From a virus (taxonomy: Duplodnaviria; Caudoviricetes): a stretch of 25,883 nt of DNA. The translations under genes and the position numbers were made by a program. Of the stretch, positions 9,410-17,730 are shown piece after piece. Positions within the stretch are counted from its first letter, which is position 1. Each line of letters begins with the position of its first letter. A model generated the notes under the pieces. That model was not told where the DNA came from and made no database searches. It was given only the letters and a program-made list of their open reading frames with translations. Location: positions 1-25,883 of the IMG/VR virus record IMGVR_UViG_3300030376_001951; one strand, 5' to 3'.

Positions 9410-10782
9410 AAACAGTTAAAATAAATGTAGATGCAGGTGACGGCATTAAAAAAGTTAGCGAGTTAAAAAAAGGCGTTCAAGATACATCAACGGCTGCATC
9501 AGGAACAAAAGGTGCTTTTGGGAAAATGAAGGCAGGTGTTAAGGGTTTAACTGTTGCTTTTAAAGCACTTGGTATTGGAATTATAGTAGGTTTATTTGTT
9601 AAATTAAAAGACATATTTAGCGGAAATATAGAAACAGCAAGACAATTTGAAAGAGTGTCTGCCAGATTAAGTGCAGCATTTGATGTTATAAGAGATAGAG
9701 CAGAAGATTTTATTAAATCCTTAATTGCATTAAAAAACCCTTTTAAAGCCTTTAAAGACGCATTTACAGGAACAACTGCAGAAATAAAAGCAGAAACAAA
9801 AGCCGTAGACGAATTAACAATTGCATTGCAAAAAGTTAGAGATGAAGAAAGGGAAATGGTTATTGAAAGAGCAAAAGCAAATAAGATAATTGCAGAATCA
9901 AGACTTTTGGCAGAAGATGAAACAAAAACAATAGAAGAAAGATTAGTTGCATTAAAAAGAGCGGTTGCAGAAGAACAGAGAGTAGCGCAAATGGAGTTAA
10001 ATACTCAACAGAAAAAAGTTGATGCCTTACAGCAAATAATTGATCTTGGTAAATCTTCTGAAGAAGATATGCAAAACCTAGCTAATGAAAGAGCAAGATT
10101 AATTGATTTACAAACTTCTTCTACTCAAAGACAATTAAGAGTTACTAGAGAAGTGAACACAATGGAACGTGAATTGATTGCAGAAAGGAAAAAAGATAGT
10201 GAAAAAATTATTGAGTTAAAAGCAAGAGAGGTAAAAGCTGATGATGATGCTTCAGATCAATTTATGAAGAACCAACTGAAGTTGGCTAAAGCTAGATTAG
10301 AAGATTCAAAAAATCAAGTTAAATTAGAAGAATTAACACAGGAACAAAAAGAAGCAATTATGCAAAATGCAGTTTCTGGTGTTGTAGCATTACTTGGTGA
10401 AGAAAGCAAGGCATCGAAAGCAATTCAAGTTGGTATGGCTATTCGAGATACTTATGTTGGCGCAACTAAAGCATTAGCACAAGGTGGTATATTTGGCGCA
10501 ATTCAAGCAGGTGGGATAATTGCTATGGGTTTAGCTAATGTGAAAAAAATTATGTCAACAGGTGATGAAGGCGCAAGTGCAGGTGGTGGTGGTGTTTCTT
10601 CATCTGGTATAGATACTGATGCAGGACAACCTGCAGTTGTAGGTGATATGTTGCCAAATATGGAATCAATAGCAGGACCAACATTAGGTGAATCACAACC
10701 TGTTCAGGCGTATGTAGTTGAAAACGATATTTCTAATGCACAAGCATTGCAAGAAGAATTAGATATTCAAGCTACATTATAA
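9397..10782 (+). CDS. tape measure protein (short)
   Basis: Ala/Glu/Lys-rich coiled-coil body, amphipathic Gly/Ala segments (FKALGIGIIVGL; GAIQAGGIIAMGLANV), and C-terminal PVQAYVVENDISNAQ. Confidence 0.7.
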   Translation: MAEVKTVKINVDAGDGIKKVSELKKGVQDTSTAASGTKGAFGKMKAGVKGLTVAFKALGIGIIVGLFVKLKDIFSGNIETARQFERVSARLSAAFDVIRDRAEDFIKSLIALKNPFKAFKDAFTGTTAEIKAETKAVDELTIALQKVRDEEREMVIERAKANKIIAESRLLAEDETKTIEERLVALKRAVAEEQRVAQMELNTQQKKVDALQQIIDLGKSSEEDMQNLANERARLIDLQTSSTQRQLRVTREVNTMERELIAERKKDSEKIIELKAREVKADDDASDQFMKNQLKLAKARLEDSKNQVKLEELTQEQKEAIMQNAVSGVVALLGEESKASKAIQVGMAIRDTYVGATKALAQGGIFGAIQAGGIIAMGLANVKKIMSTGDEGASAGGGGVSSSGIDTDAGQPAVVGDMLPNMESIAGPTLGESQPVQAYVVENDISNAQALQEELDIQATL

Positions 10783-10807
10783 ACAAAATTAGAAACTTTA
10801 TATTTAT
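10783..10807 (+). promoter_or_regulatory. conserved intergenic motif copy 2 (putative late promoter)
   Basis: ACAA at 10783-10786, AATTAGAAAC, TTTATATTTAT at 10797-10807, ATG at 10815. Confidence 0.7.
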
Positions 10808-10814
10808 AGATGTT

Positions 10815-11810
10815 ATGGCTAAAAAGAAAAAACTTATAGAATTAATAATTGACGAAACGGCAGAACATTTTGGCGTTGATGCAATTTCTGTTGTTAAATT
10901 TCCTGCAATTGAAGAAAACTTTGTTTTTTTTAATAATGACTTTTTAAGTCTTGCAAAAATTGATGAAGAACAAAAGCAGTTGATCGGTGCAGTTTTAATT
11001 CCAGACAAAAAGATTCCAAGACTAAACAAAGAAACGAATGAAGAATACGAGGTGTTCTTTACTAAGGAAACTATTAGACAAGCGCAGAAGCTATTTATGT
11101 CAAGTCTAAACAACAATAACCATACCTTAGAACACAAAGAGCCTGTGCAGGGTTTAACTGTTGTAGAGTCTTGGATTAAAGAAAATAAAAAATATGACAA
11201 ATCAAATATGTATGGTTTTAATATGCCTGTCGGAACTTGGTTTGTTCAAGTAAGTGCAGAAAACAATCCAGATATTTGGGAAATGATTAAGAACAAAGAA
11301 GTTCGAGGTTTTTCTATTGAAGGTTATTTCACAGATCAACTAATTGAGCAATCAAAAGAAGTTGACATATTAGACGAAGTTTGTGAAGATTGTCCAGATG
11401 AAGTAATGTTAGGCAAAATCAAAGATATTATTTTAGCTAACGAATTAAACCCTGTCAAAGTATTAGACGGAGAACCATTATTCAGAAACAAAGAAGAAGC
11501 AGAAATTTATGCAGAAATGTTTAAGGGTTGTTCTGGTTCTCATGCACACACAGTTGATGGCGTTAAGTTATATATGCCTTGCGCAGATCATTCTTCTGCA
11601 ACTATGAAAGAAGAATTGTATACAACTAAGGGAAAACGTAAATACAAAAAAAAATACAAGATGTTAGAATATGTTGCCTTTGCAAATAAAAAAGCTATGT
11701 TAAAGTATTCTTGGGACGATTGTATGAAAGATCAGATAAAAGAATACGGCAATAAAGAAACGGCTGCAAAGGTCTGTGCGGCTATTAAAAACAAGACTGT
11801 CAGACGTTAG
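10815..11810 (+). CDS. prohead maturation protease (XkdF-like serine protease) with C-terminal extension
   Basis: AISVVKFPAIE, GAVLIPDK, TLEH, VESW, PVGTWFV and RGFSIEG motifs. Lies directly upstream of scaffold and capsid. Confidence 0.8.
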   Translation: MAKKKKLIELIIDETAEHFGVDAISVVKFPAIEENFVFFNNDFLSLAKIDEEQKQLIGAVLIPDKKIPRLNKETNEEYEVFFTKETIRQAQKLFMSSLNNNNHTLEHKEPVQGLTVVESWIKENKKYDKSNMYGFNMPVGTWFVQVSAENNPDIWEMIKNKEVRGFSIEGYFTDQLIEQSKEVDILDEVCEDCPDEVMLGKIKDIILANELNPVKVLDGEPLFRNKEEAEIYAEMFKGCSGSHAHTVDGVKLYMPCADHSSATMKEELYTTKGKRKYKKKYKMLEYVAFANKKAMLKYSWDDCMKDQIKEYGNKETAAKVCAAIKNKTVRR

Positions 11811-11817
11811 AAAATAA

Positions 11818-11842
11818 ACAATACTAAACCTTTTATATATAT
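11818..11842 (+). promoter_or_regulatory. conserved intergenic motif copy 3 (putative late promoter)
   Basis: ACAA at 11818-11821, TACTAAACCT, TTTATATATAT at 11832-11842 (one mismatch), ATG at 11850. Confidence 0.65.
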
Positions 11843-11849
11843 CTATGTT

Positions 11850-12503
11850 ATGGGAACTATCGAAAAAATTTTAAATATCTTAAAAATGAAAAACGAACCA
11901 AAATCTTATTCTGTAAAATTTTATGCAGAAATGAAACTTGATGACGGAAGGGTTGTCGCTACAGAAGATGATCAATTTATGATCGGCTCAAAAGTATTTG
12001 CAGTTAGTGATGACGGAAATGCAGAAGCATTAGAAGCAGGATCATACACAATGGAAAACGGCAATAAATTAACAATCGGAGAAAATTCTGAAATTCTTGA
12101 TTTAGGAGAAGAAAAGGAAGCTGAAGATGTTGAAGAAGCATCTGCAGAAGAAGAAATGTCTGAGGACACAGAATTAGCAGAAGAAGCAGACGTTGCAGAT
12201 TGGGAAGGAATGGAAAAAAGAATTAAGAATTTAGAAGACGCAATTGCAGACCTAAAAGCTGACAAAGTAGAAGCATCTGCAGAATTATCAGAAGAAGAAG
12301 AAAGAACTGAAATGTCAAGCGAAGTGATGGGCGATCTGATGACGCAAATAGAAGAATTAAAAAGCAAGGTCACAGAATTAAGTGGCGAACCTGCAACAGA
12401 AGGTATTGCATATAATCCTGAGGGAGCAAATTTTAGTTCAACTATGGATTTAAGAAAACTGTCAACAAAAGAGAGGGCAGCATATTACATTAACAATAAA
12501 TAA
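11850..12503 (+). CDS. capsid scaffolding protein
   Basis: Very acidic with coiled-coil segments (MEKRIKNLEDAIADLK). Lies between protease and capsid. Confidence 0.7.
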   Translation: MGTIEKILNILKMKNEPKSYSVKFYAEMKLDDGRVVATEDDQFMIGSKVFAVSDDGNAEALEAGSYTMENGNKLTIGENSEILDLGEEKEAEDVEEASAEEEMSEDTELAEEADVADWEGMEKRIKNLEDAIADLKADKVEASAELSEEEERTEMSSEVMGDLMTQIEELKSKVTELSGEPATEGIAYNPEGANFSSTMDLRKLSTKERAAYYINNK

Positions 12504-12512
12504 TTTTAAAAA

Positions 12513-13496
12513 ATGGCGAATAATCAATACAATTTGAGTAAAGAGTATCAGTTTGACATAACCGTAACTGATAACACCTATGCAGGTAAATTGTCTTTGC
12601 CTTATGTGACTGCTGCAGTTAAAAGTCCTGACACAGTTGCAAAAGGATATGTGAGACAAATAGACGGTTTAAATAGTAAAGCAGTTATTTCAAATATAGG
12701 TATTACTGATCCTGTAGTTGCTGCGGGTTGTTCATTTTCATCTGGAAATGACACTTCATTAACTGAGCAAGTTTTAACTTTAACTGATATGAAAGTTAAC
12801 GAAGAAATTTGCCGTGGAACTGTCTTCCCAACATGGATTGGTGAGAATATGGACAGAAACGGAAACTTACCAGGAACATTTGAAGACTTTTTATTATCAG
12901 CAGTTGCAGGAAAAGCAGGTGCGCATATAGAAAATATGATTTGGAAAGGCTCTACTCCTTTTGGAACAGGGTTTTTATCTGATGATGGAACGCAAGATGA
13001 AGCAGGTGCTGATGCAAGTCAATTAAAAGACTTTACGGAAGTTGATTTTGCTAATGCTTTAGCTGCTACAGATATATTAACTGATATGGCTTCTGTATAT
13101 GACGCAGCGGTTGGAATTGCAGGGTTAACTTCTAAGCCAGGATTTGGTTTTTATATGAACGCTAAAACTTATGCTTTCTTACTTCAAGCATTAGCTGCAG
13201 CAGGTTCTAATCAAGGTATTAATAATCTTGGTGTTGCTCAATCATTTGAAGGTATTACTTATTTTGGATTCCCAATTTACGTTTGCCCAGGAATGTTTAA
13301 TGACGTTATCGTTGCAACATATAAAGAAAACTTAGTATTTGGAACTAACCTTGCAACTGATTGGACAGAAGCTCGTGTAATACCAACATACCAATTTGAC
13401 GGTTCAGACAATGTTAGAATTGTAATGAACTTTGCACTTGGTGTTCAATGTGCAGTAGCAACAGATGGTGTTTACGGATCAACTGTTTGGACTTAA
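12513..13496 (+). CDS. major capsid protein
   Basis: 327 aa, follows protease and scaffold, followed by a terminator. TYAGK..PYVTAAV, IENMIWKG and NLVFGTNLATD..DGSDNVRIVM fit an HK97-fold capsid. Confidence 0.85.
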   Translation: MANNQYNLSKEYQFDITVTDNTYAGKLSLPYVTAAVKSPDTVAKGYVRQIDGLNSKAVISNIGITDPVVAAGCSFSSGNDTSLTEQVLTLTDMKVNEEICRGTVFPTWIGENMDRNGNLPGTFEDFLLSAVAGKAGAHIENMIWKGSTPFGTGFLSDDGTQDEAGADASQLKDFTEVDFANALAATDILTDMASVYDAAVGIAGLTSKPGFGFYMNAKTYAFLLQALAAAGSNQGINNLGVAQSFEGITYFGFPIYVCPGMFNDVIVATYKENLVFGTNLATDWTEARVIPTYQFDGSDNVRIVMNFALGVQCAVATDGVYGSTVWT

Positions 13497-13510
13497 TAGA
13501 CACTTTAAAT

Positions 13511-13539
13511 GGGGAGTTGAAATACACTCCCCTTTTATT
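13511..13539 (+). terminator. intrinsic terminator after the major capsid gene
   Basis: Stem GGGGAGT (13511-13517) / ACTCCCC (13526-13532), 8-nt loop, followed by TTTTATT. Confidence 0.8.
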
Positions 13540-13562
13540 AACTTTTTAATACAATAATAATT

Positions 13563-14168
13563 ATGGGATGTGCATTAACACTCGGTAGAAAAGTAGATTG
13601 TAAAGACAGTATTGGCGGTCTTAGAACAATGTATATACTGCCAAACTATTGCGGTAACATAGAAGCAGAAGCAACTATTGCATCTGGAGAAATGACAAAT
13701 GCAGGTTTTGCTACTTGGGATACTTATGGTGATCCAACATCGTCAAAACAAACATTATTGCAGTATGATTTAAGACCTAATTTAAGTTCTTTAACAGTTA
13801 ATTTTAATTCTGATGCGGCAACAGGAACAACATTTTGGACTTCGGTTTTATCAATAACATTACAAAAACTTGACCACGATGCTACTAATCAGTTAAAGTT
13901 GGCGGCATACAATAGAAGTCAGATTTTTATTCGTGATTCAATGGATAATATATTTTTACTTGGAATGAATGCAGGTTGCAATATGACAACAGGGACGATG
14001 ACTACAGGCGCAGCGAAAGGTGATCTTTCTGGTTATACATTAGAGTTTACATCAGAAGAAAAACTGCCACCACCACAGATAGAGCATACGGCCGGTCCGA
14101 CAACAACTAACTATCCTTGGGATAATTTAGATGACGTTGCAGCTATTGCATTTGTAGCAGGACTTTAA
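13563..14168 (+). CDS. major tail (tube) protein
   Basis: MGCALTLGRKVDCKDSIGGL start, NGTTF-like ATGTTFW, and TTGAAKGDLSGYTLEFTSEE. Followed by a terminator. Confidence 0.7.
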   Translation: MGCALTLGRKVDCKDSIGGLRTMYILPNYCGNIEAEATIASGEMTNAGFATWDTYGDPTSSKQTLLQYDLRPNLSSLTVNFNSDAATGTTFWTSVLSITLQKLDHDATNQLKLAAYNRSQIFIRDSMDNIFLLGMNAGCNMTTGTMTTGAAKGDLSGYTLEFTSEEKLPPPQIEHTAGPTTTNYPWDNLDDVAAIAFVAGL

Positions 14169-14185
14169 TCGTTACTCAACACAAA

Positions 14186-14220
14186 AGAAAAGAGGGGTTT
14201 TATTGCCCCTTTTTTTATTT
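14186..14220 (+). terminator. intrinsic terminator, possibly bidirectional
   Basis: An A-rich run, stem AGGGGT / GCCCCT with one G-U pair, then a long T run. Confidence 0.75.
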
Positions 14221-14227
14221 AAAAAAA

Positions 14228-14252
14228 ACAAATAACGTATATTTATATTTAT
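14228..14252 (+). promoter_or_regulatory. conserved intergenic motif copy 4 (putative late promoter)
   Basis: ACAA at 14228-14231, ATAACGTATA, TTTATATTTAT at 14242-14252. It lies immediately after a terminator, with ATG at 14264. Confidence 0.7.
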
Positions 14253-14263
14253 AGTAAAACGCT

Positions 14264-14443
14264 ATGGCTTGGAAATTAAAAAAAGAATGGGAAGGTAAAA
14301 GCATTGATTCAATAAGAATACCTTTAAATGATCTAACGCAAAAGCAAATAGAAGGACTCAGAGAAAGTGTGAGAAACAACTTATTTGTAGAAGATAAACC
14401 TAAAAAGAAGAAAAAAGATGTTCAAATTGAAGGAAAAATATAA
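14264..14443 (+). CDS. small hypothetical protein (59 aa, MAWKLKKEWEGK...)
   Basis: ATG lies just downstream of the conserved motif and TAA is at 14441-14443. It is not in the ORF track. Confidence 0.7.
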   Translation: MAWKLKKEWEGKSIDSIRIPLNDLTQKQIEGLRESVRNNLFVEDKPKKKKKDVQIEGKI

Positions 14444-14552
14444 TACGCCAGATTATGTTTTTGCAGACCTTAATAAATTAAGTGATGAAGAAAAACAGGA
14501 TATAAAAGATAATTATATGAATATAATTAGTAAATACTTTGATATAATATGA
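14418..14552 (+). CDS. small hypothetical protein (44 aa, MFKLKEKYNTPD...)
   Basis: Overlaps the upstream ORF and has ATGA coupling to 14549. It resembles the preceding small ORF. Confidence 0.6.
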   Translation: MFKLKEKYNTPDYVFADLNKLSDEEKQDIKDNYMNIISKYFDII

Positions 14553-14995
14553 TTCAATTTACAAGAAAACAAGGGAGTCAATTTGTCCTTGCTACTTTGA
14601 ATATATACGATAAAATGACTAATACTGATTACAGACCTCTTTTCACTTTTAAAAGTCAAGCAACAGGCTATACATTTGCAATGATGCCATTTAGCACAAT
14701 GTATGATAACAAAGAAAGATATGTTTTAAACTTTTTTGTTGTTAGCAGTTCATTTAATCCTACTATGGGATCTTTAAACTTTGGCAACATCGCAGCACCT
14801 TATGGTTTTTACGATGTTACTGTATATCAAAATATATCAAATGATAATGTTCTAACAACAGGCTTAAATGTTATTTATAATGGTTTAGCAAATTTCAACG
14901 CACAACAAACAGGTGATTTGAAAATCCCTGCGGTTGAATACACAGATTATAATACTAACGATTCAGACTCGGAATCAGTATATATAACTTTTTAA
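14549..14995 (+). CDS. putative virion protein (head closure-like), paralog A
   Basis: 148 aa, beta-rich, upstream of the portal, and clearly homologous to the next ORF. Confidence 0.55.
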   Translation: MIQFTRKQGSQFVLATLNIYDKMTNTDYRPLFTFKSQATGYTFAMMPFSTMYDNKERYVLNFFVVSSSFNPTMGSLNFGNIAAPYGFYDVTVYQNISNDNVLTTGLNVIYNGLANFNAQQTGDLKIPAVEYTDYNTNDSDSESVYITF

Positions 14996-14998
14996 GAT

Positions 14999-15478
14999 AT
15001 GATGCAAATTAACATACCAGGTTTAAACTCTACTACACCACTTGCTTCAAGTTGGAACGCTTTTGATATAGCTGATAAATTATCTACGCTTGATCCTACG
15101 CAATTATATCGACCGCTAATTGTTTTAAAAAGCCAATTCACTAAAAAAAGCAAGGCAGCAACTCTTAATGTGCAGAATGACTTTGCTTATATAGAAAGAT
15201 ATGTTAATTTAGGTGTTACTACATCAAGAATAACAGAAGATCCCGCAGACGGGCTAATTATACTTGGAACAACTGATTTTCCTTTGGGTTTTTATGATGT
15301 GATTATTTATGAAAATACATCAGATGAAAATTTAGATCCAACAGGTTTAACTATTCTTTGGGAAGGCTTAGCAAATTTAGAATTAAGAAAAGAAGAAAGC
15401 GATACGCCTGTTCCTGTAAATTACACAGAATACACAGAAAACGATAATTATGTAAATATAATTAATTTAACAAATTAA
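14999..15478 (+). CDS. putative virion protein (head closure-like), paralog B
   Basis: 159 aa. Shares YRPL..KSQ, ERYV, P.GFYDV..Y.N.S..N and TGL.....GLAN with the preceding ORF. Confidence 0.55.
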   Translation: MMQINIPGLNSTTPLASSWNAFDIADKLSTLDPTQLYRPLIVLKSQFTKKSKAATLNVQNDFAYIERYVNLGVTTSRITEDPADGLIILGTTDFPLGFYDVIIYENTSDENLDPTGLTILWEGLANLELRKEESDTPVPVNYTEYTENDNYVNIINLTN

Positions 15479-15480
15479 AT

Positions 15481-17718
15481 ATGAATTTAAATTTAGTAAA
15501 ACTATCACATTATAACATTCCGCATTTAGTGGAAAAAACTAACCAAGAATGGATCAGTTTTGGTGAGGACAATTTATATCCGAACTATTTATTAGATCTT
15601 TTTCTTGGTAGTGCTATTAATGGTGCATTAGTTAAGTCAATCGGCGCAATGATATATGGAGAAGGAATTGCAGCAACAAATGTTGATGAATCAGACGCAA
15701 CAAAAGAATCTTATTTACGATTAACAGAATTATTACACAATTCAGATGACGATGTTTTAAAGGATCTTGCACTTGATTTAAAGCTATTCGGTGGGTGTTA
15801 TGTCAACGTTATATGGTCGAGAGATAGAAGCAAGATCGCTAAAATGAATCATATCCCTGCGCAATACATTCGTTCTGGTAAAATGATTGATGGTGAAGTT
15901 GAACATTATTATTATAGTGCTAATTGGGCAAATTGCAAAAAATCAGAATATAAACCTAGAGCTTATAAAGCATTTAATACAGAGGACAGAACACAAGCAT
16001 CTCAAATTCTAATGATAAGAGATAAAAACCCTGCTTTGTTTTATGGCTTTGCACCAGATTATGTGGCGGCAACGGATTGGATTCAGATGGAATTAGAGAT
16101 AGCGCAATTTCACCTCAGTAATATAACATCTGGAATGACTCCATCTATGCACGTTGGGTTTTCTAATGGTGTTCCAACAGATGAAGAAAGAAGAACTATC
16201 GAAAGACAATTAAACCAAAAATTTGCAGGAACAGGAAATGCAGGTAAAATACTAATCACATTTAATGATGGAAAAGAAACCGCACCCATTATTGAACCTA
16301 TCCAAATGAATGATGCACAGAGTGCATGGGTTGAAATGTCAAAACAGTCAGTAAATCAGATTTTGGCGGGTCACAGATGCGTATCGCCTTTATTATTTGG
16401 AATCAGAACAGAAACAGGTGGCGGTCTTGGTTCAAATGCTGACGAACTGAGGGATGCGTATAGTTTGTTCAATAACACAATAATTATTCCATTTCAATCC
16501 ACGCTAATACGAGGTTTAAACAAGATATTTAGAGTTAATGACATAAATCTTGATCTTTACTTTAAAACGCTTAAACCTGCAGATTTCATTGATTTAGAAG
16601 TTACTAAAACACAATCAGAAGAAGATCAAGAGAAAGAAGGTGTTACAAAAGAAGATATTGATTCTGATAATTTAAAGCAAGAATTTAAAGACTTAAAAGA
16701 CATAGACACCAAACCAACAAAAGGAATGATTGAAGAAGCTATAAAGGGTTTAGAGTGGCGCAGAGAATATGGTCGAGGTGGAACGCAGGTTGCAGTTGCA
16801 CGAGCAACAAACATTAAAAATGGTGATAATCTTTCTTTTGATACAATTAAAAGAATGAATAGTTTTTTTGCTAGACACGAAGTTGATAAAAAAGCAGAAG
16901 GTTTTGAAATTGGCGAAGATGGTTTTCCAAGTGCAGGGCGTATTGCTTGGGCGTTATGGGGTGGTGATGCAGGTCAATCTTGGGCAAGAAAAAAAGTAAA
17001 TGAAATTGATGGCGTTCGTGAAGATATGTTTATCAATGTAGACGATGACGATGTTTGTTTAGATTATTTTGATGAAGTTGGAATTACATTAGATGACGAA
17101 GAATGGTTTGAAGCATACGAAGAAGAAATAGACGATCATGCCATAGACACAAGATACCACGAGTTTGCTTATGCGCCTGCAGGAACACCAAATGTTGCTG
17201 ATAGTTCAAGTGATGAAGGAATGTTCAGAATCTTATATAGATATTCTCAAACATTATCTATAAGTAAAAAAACAGGTCAAGTAACAAGCAGAAAATTCTG
17301 TGAAAAAATGGTTGCTAAATCTAAGCAAGGCACACTTTATAGAATGGAAGATTTGGAAAAAGCATCTAAAAAAGCAGTCAACAAAGGATTTGGACCAAAT
17401 GGAACAAATACATATAATATAGCATTATACAAGGGCGGTGCTAATTGCAAGCATAAATGGATTCGTGTATTCTATTTCAGAAGGCAAGTTCCAAAAGGTC
17501 GAGTATTTGTTGACGTAGATGGCAAGGAATATCAAGGCGGAGAATTTTTGCCTAATGGAACGCTAAACAATTTTAGAGAAGTATCGCAACAATTTGCAAA
17601 TAACAAAATCAAAATGCCTGACGATTCAGAAATGAGAAAAACAACTTGGAAAATGAAAAATCACGGCTTTTTAAAACCAAGAAGAGAAACCGAAAGAAGT
17701 AGATCAACACCCGTATAA
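15481..17718 (+). CDS. portal protein with two fused C-terminal domains
   Basis: The first ~370 aa are portal-like (WISFGEDNLYPNYL, DLKLFGG, KFAGTGNAGK, ILAGHRCVSPLLFGI, IIIPFQ). Next come an IAWALWGGDAG domain and a Cys/His domain (SRKFC...KGGANCKHKW). Confidence 0.85.
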   Translation: MNLNLVKLSHYNIPHLVEKTNQEWISFGEDNLYPNYLLDLFLGSAINGALVKSIGAMIYGEGIAATNVDESDATKESYLRLTELLHNSDDDVLKDLALDLKLFGGCYVNVIWSRDRSKIAKMNHIPAQYIRSGKMIDGEVEHYYYSANWANCKKSEYKPRAYKAFNTEDRTQASQILMIRDKNPALFYGFAPDYVAATDWIQMELEIAQFHLSNITSGMTPSMHVGFSNGVPTDEERRTIERQLNQKFAGTGNAGKILITFNDGKETAPIIEPIQMNDAQSAWVEMSKQSVNQILAGHRCVSPLLFGIRTETGGGLGSNADELRDAYSLFNNTIIIPFQSTLIRGLNKIFRVNDINLDLYFKTLKPADFIDLEVTKTQSEEDQEKEGVTKEDIDSDNLKQEFKDLKDIDTKPTKGMIEEAIKGLEWRREYGRGGTQVAVARATNIKNGDNLSFDTIKRMNSFFARHEVDKKAEGFEIGEDGFPSAGRIAWALWGGDAGQSWARKKVNEIDGVREDMFINVDDDDVCLDYFDEVGITLDDEEWFEAYEEEIDDHAIDTRYHEFAYAPAGTPNVADSSSDEGMFRILYRYSQTLSISKKTGQVTSRKFCEKMVAKSKQGTLYRMEDLEKASKKAVNKGFGPNGTNTYNIALYKGGANCKHKWIRVFYFRRQVPKGRVFVDVDGKEYQGGEFLPNGTLNNFREVSQQFANNKIKMPDDSEMRKTTWKMKNHGFLKPRRETERSRSTPV

Positions 17719-17730
17719 AATAATTAAACT

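Noticed and set aside
12134-12284. 16-nt direct repeat AGAAGCATCTGCAGAA (12134-12149, 12269-12284)
   Set aside because: It is in frame and encodes EASAE in a low-complexity acidic scaffold, so protein-level repetition explains it.
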